Of a stretch of 32,000 bases of DNA, positions 27,190-32,000 are shown piece after piece (the stretch's first letter is position 1; each line of letters opens with the position of its first letter). The notes beneath the pieces were generated by a model. It saw only the letters and a program-made list of their open reading frames with translations. It did no database searches and was not told the DNA's origin. The stretch comes from Aquifex aeolicus VF5 (GTDB lineage: Bacteria > Aquificota > Aquificia > Aquificales > Aquificaceae): NCBI RefSeq assembly GCF_000008625.1, contig NC_000918.1:1170001-1202000 (forward strand). Direction: 5' to 3'. A program made the position numbers and the translations under genes.

Positions 27190-28440
27190 TTATTCAACTT
27201 TTATTAAAACTTCCTTTCCCTCAAATTCCAATCCTTCAATCAGTAATTTGTAATTCTTAAAATCCCTTAAATATTTTTTCTTGGTGATTACGTAATCACC
27301 TTTCTTAAATTTATTTTCTTTTGTTATACACCTGTAAAGGTAAGCTACTATTGCCGAGTTTTCATGTTTGTAAAAGTACAGTTTTTGAGGTTCGCTGTTT
27401 TTCAAGAAGTCTACCGCCTTAGGTGTAAACCTTTTCTGTTCGTAAATATAAACTCCAAACATCAGTATTAATAATAAGAAACTTCCAACTATGTAAGCAT
27501 ATTTTATGTACCTTTTTGTTAAGTAAAAACCAATAATAACGGATAGTGCCGGGTATGAAAATAAGATATAATGGTGAAGTTTATTTTTAGAAAGTGAGTA
27601 AAACACTAAAACCAAGAGAAACCATCCTGCGAAAGGAAGAAGTCTTTTATCAAAATCTTTAAGAATTTTTAGAAAAACAGGTAAAAATAAAATAGATGAA
27701 ACTAAAATCACTAAAGGATAAAAGTAAATGGGCATGTTGTGGATTTGATAGGTTCCTGTAAATCTGTAAATGTTTTCAAATATGAAAAACTTAAAGAAGA
27801 AATTGAAACCAAACTTGTAAATCATTAAAAAGTACCAAGAAAATCCTATCAAAATAAAAAGCAGTACTCCCTTAAAATTCAAGAACTTTAAATCTCTCCT
27901 CCAGAGGAGATAAATTCCTATTGGTAGGATAACGCCTACAGGCCCTTTTGTTAAAAACGCTAAGGCCAAGGCTGTCCATCCGAGAGTGAACCTATCTATT
28001 GAAAATAAGTAAACTCCTAAAGTGGAGAAAAATACGAGGGTAAATTCTGGGACGTAAGCCCTTGACTCTATCCACGTGTGAATAAATAGAGGAAATGTAA
28101 GAGCGGAAAGTAAAGCTTTTTCCCTTGAAACGTGTTTTAAAGTTATGAAATAAATAAGAAGCGTTGTGCCAAAAGCAGAAAGTCCGGAAATTAATCTGGC
28201 GGAGAATTCAGAAATGCCGAAAATTAAAAAGCTTAAACTTCCCAGCCAGTAAAGCATAGGAGGCTTTTCAAATCTGTAGTTACAGTTATAGTATGGAACT
28301 ATGAAATCACCGGTCCTTAACATGTGAAGTGTGGCGTAAAAGTTTCTCCCTTCGTCAAGGGAAGTCAAGGATAAAATCCAGTTTCCGAAAATGAAGAATA
28401 CAAAAGAAACGAGCGAAATAAGGAAAAGATCCTTTTTCAT
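27190..28440 (-). CDS. Polytopic membrane glycosyltransferase of the ArnT/PMT (GT39/GT83-like) type
   Basis: There are about 10 or more hydrophobic segments. The N-terminal loop motif [39 protein letters not shown] is typical of ArnT/PMT_2 enzymes that use lipid-linked sugar donors. The gene is very AT-rich. Confidence 0.75.
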   Translation of the reverse strand: MKKDLFLISLVSFVFFIFGNWILSLTSLDEGRNFYATLHMLRTGDFIVPYYNCNYRFEKPPMLYWLGSLSFLIFGISEFSARLISGLSAFGTTLLIYFITLKHVSREKALLSALTFPLFIHTWIESRAYVPEFTLVFFSTLGVYLFSIDRFTLGWTALALAFLTKGPVGVILPIGIYLLWRRDLKFLNFKGVLLFILIGFSWYFLMIYKFGFNFFFKFFIFENIYRFTGTYQIHNMPIYFYPLVILVSSILFLPVFLKILKDFDKRLLPFAGWFLLVLVFYSLSKNKLHHYILFSYPALSVIIGFYLTKRYIKYAYIVGSFLLLILMFGVYIYEQKRFTPKAVDFLKNSEPQKLYFYKHENSAIVAYLYRCITKENKFKKGDYVITKKKYLRDFKNYKLLIEGLEFEGKEVLIKVE

Positions 28441-29330
28441 TTAGCCTTTTCTTTTTTTGGTTCTTCTTTAATCAATCCTCTAATAAACTCGATAAGTTCA
28501 CCGTTTATATCTTCCCTTCTTAAAGCAAAGGATATAACCGTTTTCAGATAATCTTTAGGATTTCCCGTGTCGTATACCGTGTTATTAACCTTGCAGGCGT
28601 ATATCGCCTCCTCCTCAAGTAAGAGTCTCATGGCGTCGGTTAACTGTATCTCTCCTCCTTTACCTGGCTTTGTAACCTTTAGTTTTTCAAAAATGGTAGG
28701 TGTGAATATGTACCTTCCAACTATCGCAAGGTTGGAAGGAGCCTCTTCGGGAGAGGGTTTTTCGACCAGATCTACAATTATATAAGTTTCTTCGTCCAAT
28801 TTTTTTACTTTTGCTATACCGTACTTTGAGACTTCTTCCTTTGGAACTTCCATCAATGCTACGATTGAGTTTCCGAACTTCCTGAACAAATGTATCATCT
28901 TTTTAAGTTCTTCCTCTTCGTTCTCCACGATTATGTCTCCTAAGGCAACAAAGAAGGGTTCCTGTGATACGGCTGGTTCAGCCATGAGAACGGCATGTCC
29001 GAGTCCTAATTGCTCTTTTTGCCTTACGTAAATCGGGTTAATAAGGCTCGAAATTTTTACAACTTCTCTCAGTAATTTCTCTTTTCCAGCTTTTTTTAAG
29101 TGCTCTTCCAGCTCGTGGTTGTGGTCAAAGTGATCCTCTATCGCTTTCTTGTGTCTACCTGTGACGAAAATGATGTTTTCAATACCTATGTTGATAAAGG
29201 ATTCGACTATGAACTGGATTATTGGTTTGTCAATTATGGGGAGCATTTCCTTAGGCATTGCCTTTGTAGCAGGCAAAAACCTCGTTCCCCACCCCGCAAC
29301 GGGAAGAACAACCTTTCTAATTTCTCTCAT
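28437..29330 (-). CDS. galU: UTP-glucose-1-phosphate uridylyltransferase
   Basis: The signature LPVAGWGTRFLPATKAMPKEMLPIIDKP is present, together with LGLGHAV and VEKP. The ATG at 29330 sits behind GGAGGTG and is preferred over the GTG at 29336. Confidence 0.93.
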   Translation of the reverse strand: MREIRKVVLPVAGWGTRFLPATKAMPKEMLPIIDKPIIQFIVESFINIGIENIIFVTGRHKKAIEDHFDHNHELEEHLKKAGKEKLLREVVKISSLINPIYVRQKEQLGLGHAVLMAEPAVSQEPFFVALGDIIVENEEEELKKMIHLFRKFGNSIVALMEVPKEEVSKYGIAKVKKLDEETYIIVDLVEKPSPEEAPSNLAIVGRYIFTPTIFEKLKVTKPGKGGEIQLTDAMRLLLEEEAIYACKVNNTVYDTGNPKDYLKTVISFALRREDINGELIEFIRGLIKEEPKKEKAK

Positions 29331-29841
29331 ACACACCTCCCTTGGAATATTTTAAAGAAATAATACCGCAAATAATTCCAATCAGAGCTCCTACAAAAAC
29401 GTCCAGAGGAAAGTGAACACCCGCGTAAATCCTCTCATACCCTATTAGGAAAGCGTATAAGAAGAGTATTGCCTTTATATGGAGTTTTTCACCATGTGAC
29501 AGTACAGTTGCTATCGTAAAAGCCATAGCGGTGTCTCCTGAGGGAAAGGAACGCCAGTGTAAAGGAAAAAGTAAGTTTACATCCTCGAGTAAAATTGCAG
29601 GTCTCGGCTGGTTGAAAAATGTTTTTAGAGAGATCACTAAAACTGTTTCCAAAATTATCGCTAAAATCAAAGGCTTTACTTTTTCCTTTCTGAAAATAAA
29701 AAGAAAGATTAATAAAGGAAACAGTACATAGCCCGAACCGAGGTAAGCAAAGTGAGTAAAGAAAACGTCCAGAAGTGGATGCCTCGCATTGTTTATCAAA
29801 CGAAAAAGTTCAAGGTTTAGAGCAAAGTCTTCTATTACCAT
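29317..29841 (-). CDS. PAP2-family membrane phosphatase (LpxE/LpxF/undecaprenyl-diphosphatase-like)
   Basis: Three motifs are present: KTFFNQPRP (Kx6RP), PSGD (the PSGH position) and [12 protein letters not shown] (SRx5Hx3D-like). The protein is small and polytopic. Confidence 0.85.
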
Positions 29842-30458
29842 TTTAGGAATTCTTTAAAAATGTCTTCCTTTTTCTTTAATTTGTTCAGGTAATTTATTAC
29901 GTACTTTCCGAGAATGTCCGTTTCTACATTCAGAAGATCCCCAACCTTTTTGAACTGCAGGTTTGTGCTTTTGTAGGTGTGGGGAATGATATTTATGAAC
30001 ACTTTGTTTTCTTTTACGTAGTTTACGGTGAGGCTTATACCGTCTAAGGCAATTGAACCCTTTTCAACTACGTAGATGCTCCACTCCTCCGGTATCTCAA
30101 TTACGAGTTCGTAGTGTTCTCCTAAAAAGTTGAAGGATTTTACAGGAGCTGTGAAGTCAACGTGTCCCTGGACTATATGGCCGCCGAGTCGCTCTCCTAC
30201 CCTCAAAGCCCTCTCAAGGTTTACGTAATCCCCCGTTTTTAATTTTCCTAGGTTTGTCCTTTTCAGCGTTTCGGGAGAAACGTCAAAGGTTAAGGTAGAG
30301 CTTTTAATGTCCACGACGGTGAGGCAAGCTCCGTTTACTGAAACGCTGTCCCCTAACTTTACGTCCTCTAATTTAGTCTCAACGCTCAGTTTAGCCCCTT
30401 TAGAACTCAAGGTTAAGTTCTTTACCTTCCCTAAGTCCTCTACTAATCCCGTGAACAT
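29835..30458 (-). CDS. ribE: Riboflavin synthase (alpha chain)
   Basis: The N-terminus is [12 protein letters not shown]. The two-barrel repeat shows [13 protein letters not shown] and [12 protein letters not shown], and [10 protein letters not shown] is present. Confidence 0.93.
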
Positions 30459-30459
30459 C

Positions 30460-31425
30460 TTATATAGCCAGTCTCGTGTTTAGTTTGTAAGCTTCCCTGT
30501 CTATTGGTTTGTATTCCTGAGCTTTTTCGAAGTCCTCTATGTAAAACTTGCCCTTTTCGTAGGCAACAAATCCTGAGCGTTCTCCTGCGATGAGACTCTC
30601 ATAAGCCACAACTCCGAACTTTGTTCCCATTATCCTGTCAAAGTGGGTTGGTATTCCTCCTCTCTGGATATGTCCCAGAACGGTTGAGCGTATCTCCCCG
30701 TACTTATCACCGATCTTTTCCAGAAGGAAGTCTTCCAGTTCCTTTGCACGGCAATATCCTTCTGCGAGGACTATTATGAAGTGGAGTTTCCCCAGTTTCT
30801 TAGCCTTTTCTATCTCCTCGGGGATTTGTTCCCTCGGGAATCTCTCTTCGGGAATGAGTATGAGTTCAGCACCCGTGGCGAGTCCAGCCTCAACTGCTAT
30901 AAACCCTCTGTTTCTTCCCATAACCTCTACTATGAAAATCCTCTCGTGAGAGCTTGCGGTGTCCCTTATCTTGTCTATCGCGTCAACGGCGTTCCTGAGG
31001 GCTGTGTCGTAGCCTATGCAGTACTCAGTTCCACCAACGTCGTTGTCTATGGTACAGGGAACGCCTATTACTGGAATTCCCGTTTCTTCCGCGGTGAGTT
31101 TTGCACCCGCAAGTGTTCCCTCACCCCCGAGAATTATTAAAGCCTCTATACCCTGTTCATTTAGGTTTTTATAAGCCTTCTCCCTGTACTCGAGTTTTTT
31201 GTATCTGGGGTCCCTTGAGGACAGGAGTATTGTTCCTCCCCTGTCCAGAATTCCCCCCACGTCTCTGGAGGTGAGTTTAATAAAATCTCCTTCTATTAAT
31301 CCTTTATAGCCTCTCTTTATGCCGATTACTTCGTGTCCTTCCCTTTCGGCGCTCCTCACAACAGCCCTGATTACGGCATTCATACCGGGGGCGTCACCCC
31401 CGGCGGTAAGAATTCCTATCCTCAT
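30460..31425 (-). CDS. pfkA: ATP-dependent 6-phosphofructokinase
   Basis: Motifs: [46 protein letters not shown] and LGHIQRGG. Confidence 0.95.
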
Positions 31426-32000
31426 ACTTTTACACCTACCTCTTCCCTGAGTTCCTTTGCCATGTCAACCATGTTCCTGAGTGCGGGTATCACTTCTTCC
31501 CACCTTCTCGTTTTGAGCCCGCAGTCCGGATTAACCCACAGGAGTTCTTTAGGAAGTACCTTCATAGCTCTTAGCATTATAGCCTTCATCTCTTCCTTCG
31601 TAGGAATAGCGGGTGAGTGAATGTCGTAAACACCTATACCTATCTGTCTGTCCCATCCCTTGAACTTTTCAAAGACTTCTATTATTTCACCCTTGCTCCT
31701 TGACGCCTCTATGGATATGACGTCAAAGTCCATTTGGTATATGTACTCAATTATCTCGTTAAACTCCGAGTAGCACATGTGGGTGTGTATCTGGGTCTCG
31801 GGTTTTGCCCTGGATGCGAGTCTGAAGGCTTTCACTGCCCAATCAAAGTACTCGGGCCAATCTCTCTTCTTTAAGGGTGCTCCTTCCCTGAAGGCAGGTT
31901 CGTCTATCTGTATGACTTTAATTCCTGCATTTTCAAGGTCCTTGACTTCATCCAGAAGCGCAAGGGCTATCTGGTAGGCTATTTCTCTCTTTGGAACGTC
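31422..32000 (-). CDS. metE: Cobalamin-independent methionine synthase, C-terminal part; the N-terminus lies beyond the right window edge
   Basis: The minus-strand frame is open to position 32000 (...[19 protein letters not shown]...). It continues through THMCYSEF and NPDCGLKTR, which hold the Zn-ligand His/Cys residues. The track ORF at 31422..31835 is only its GTG-delimited tail. Confidence 0.93.

Overview
This window is a compact, gene-dense bacterial chromosome segment. It looks like a hyperthermophilic Aquificae genome (Aquifex-like). That call is an inference from three things: K/E/I/R-rich proteins, a 1006-aa ClpB, and very GC-rich stable RNAs set in moderately AT-rich coding DNA. About 27 protein genes sit around one complete rRNA operon at about 21.8-27.2 kb: two tandem consensus promoters, then 16S, tRNA-Ile(GAT), tRNA-Ala(TGC), 23S, 5S and tRNA-Arg(TCT). 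Long inverted repeats bracket the 16S and the 23S. Confident housekeeping genes are thrS (partial), hslV, tRNA-Pro, clpB, aspS, the fumarate hydratase beta subunit, a cell-wall amidase, a JAMM protease, a family-4 UDG, galU, ribE, pfkA and metE (partial). The most interesting region is a translationally coupled minus-strand gene trio at 13.45-19.09 kb. It encodes a SPOR-domain/TolC-like outer-membrane protein, a PilZ + HlyD-type membrane-fusion protein with Alg44 architecture and intact c-di-GMP binding motifs, and an Alg8-like family-2 glycosyltransferase fused to a periplasmic beta-helix domain. I read this as an uncharacterised, c-di-GMP-gated, efflux-pump-like exopolysaccharide synthesis and export machine. 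It is followed by a HerA-like ATPase with a deviant P-loop. Other points of note: a tandem-duplicated, catalytically degenerate DUF86/HEPN protein coupled to a thioredoxin-fold protein and a TolC-like protein; an enlarged ClpB with an N-domain insertion and an M-domain duplication; a possible FliJ-like/MgtE_N fusion; a SurA-like gene whose conserved N-terminus has no canonical start codon; and a PAP2-GalU-ArnT-like cluster that may remodel lipid A. No CRISPR array, transposon or prophage was seen. All homology calls come from reading motifs by eye and need HMM or BLAST confirmation.
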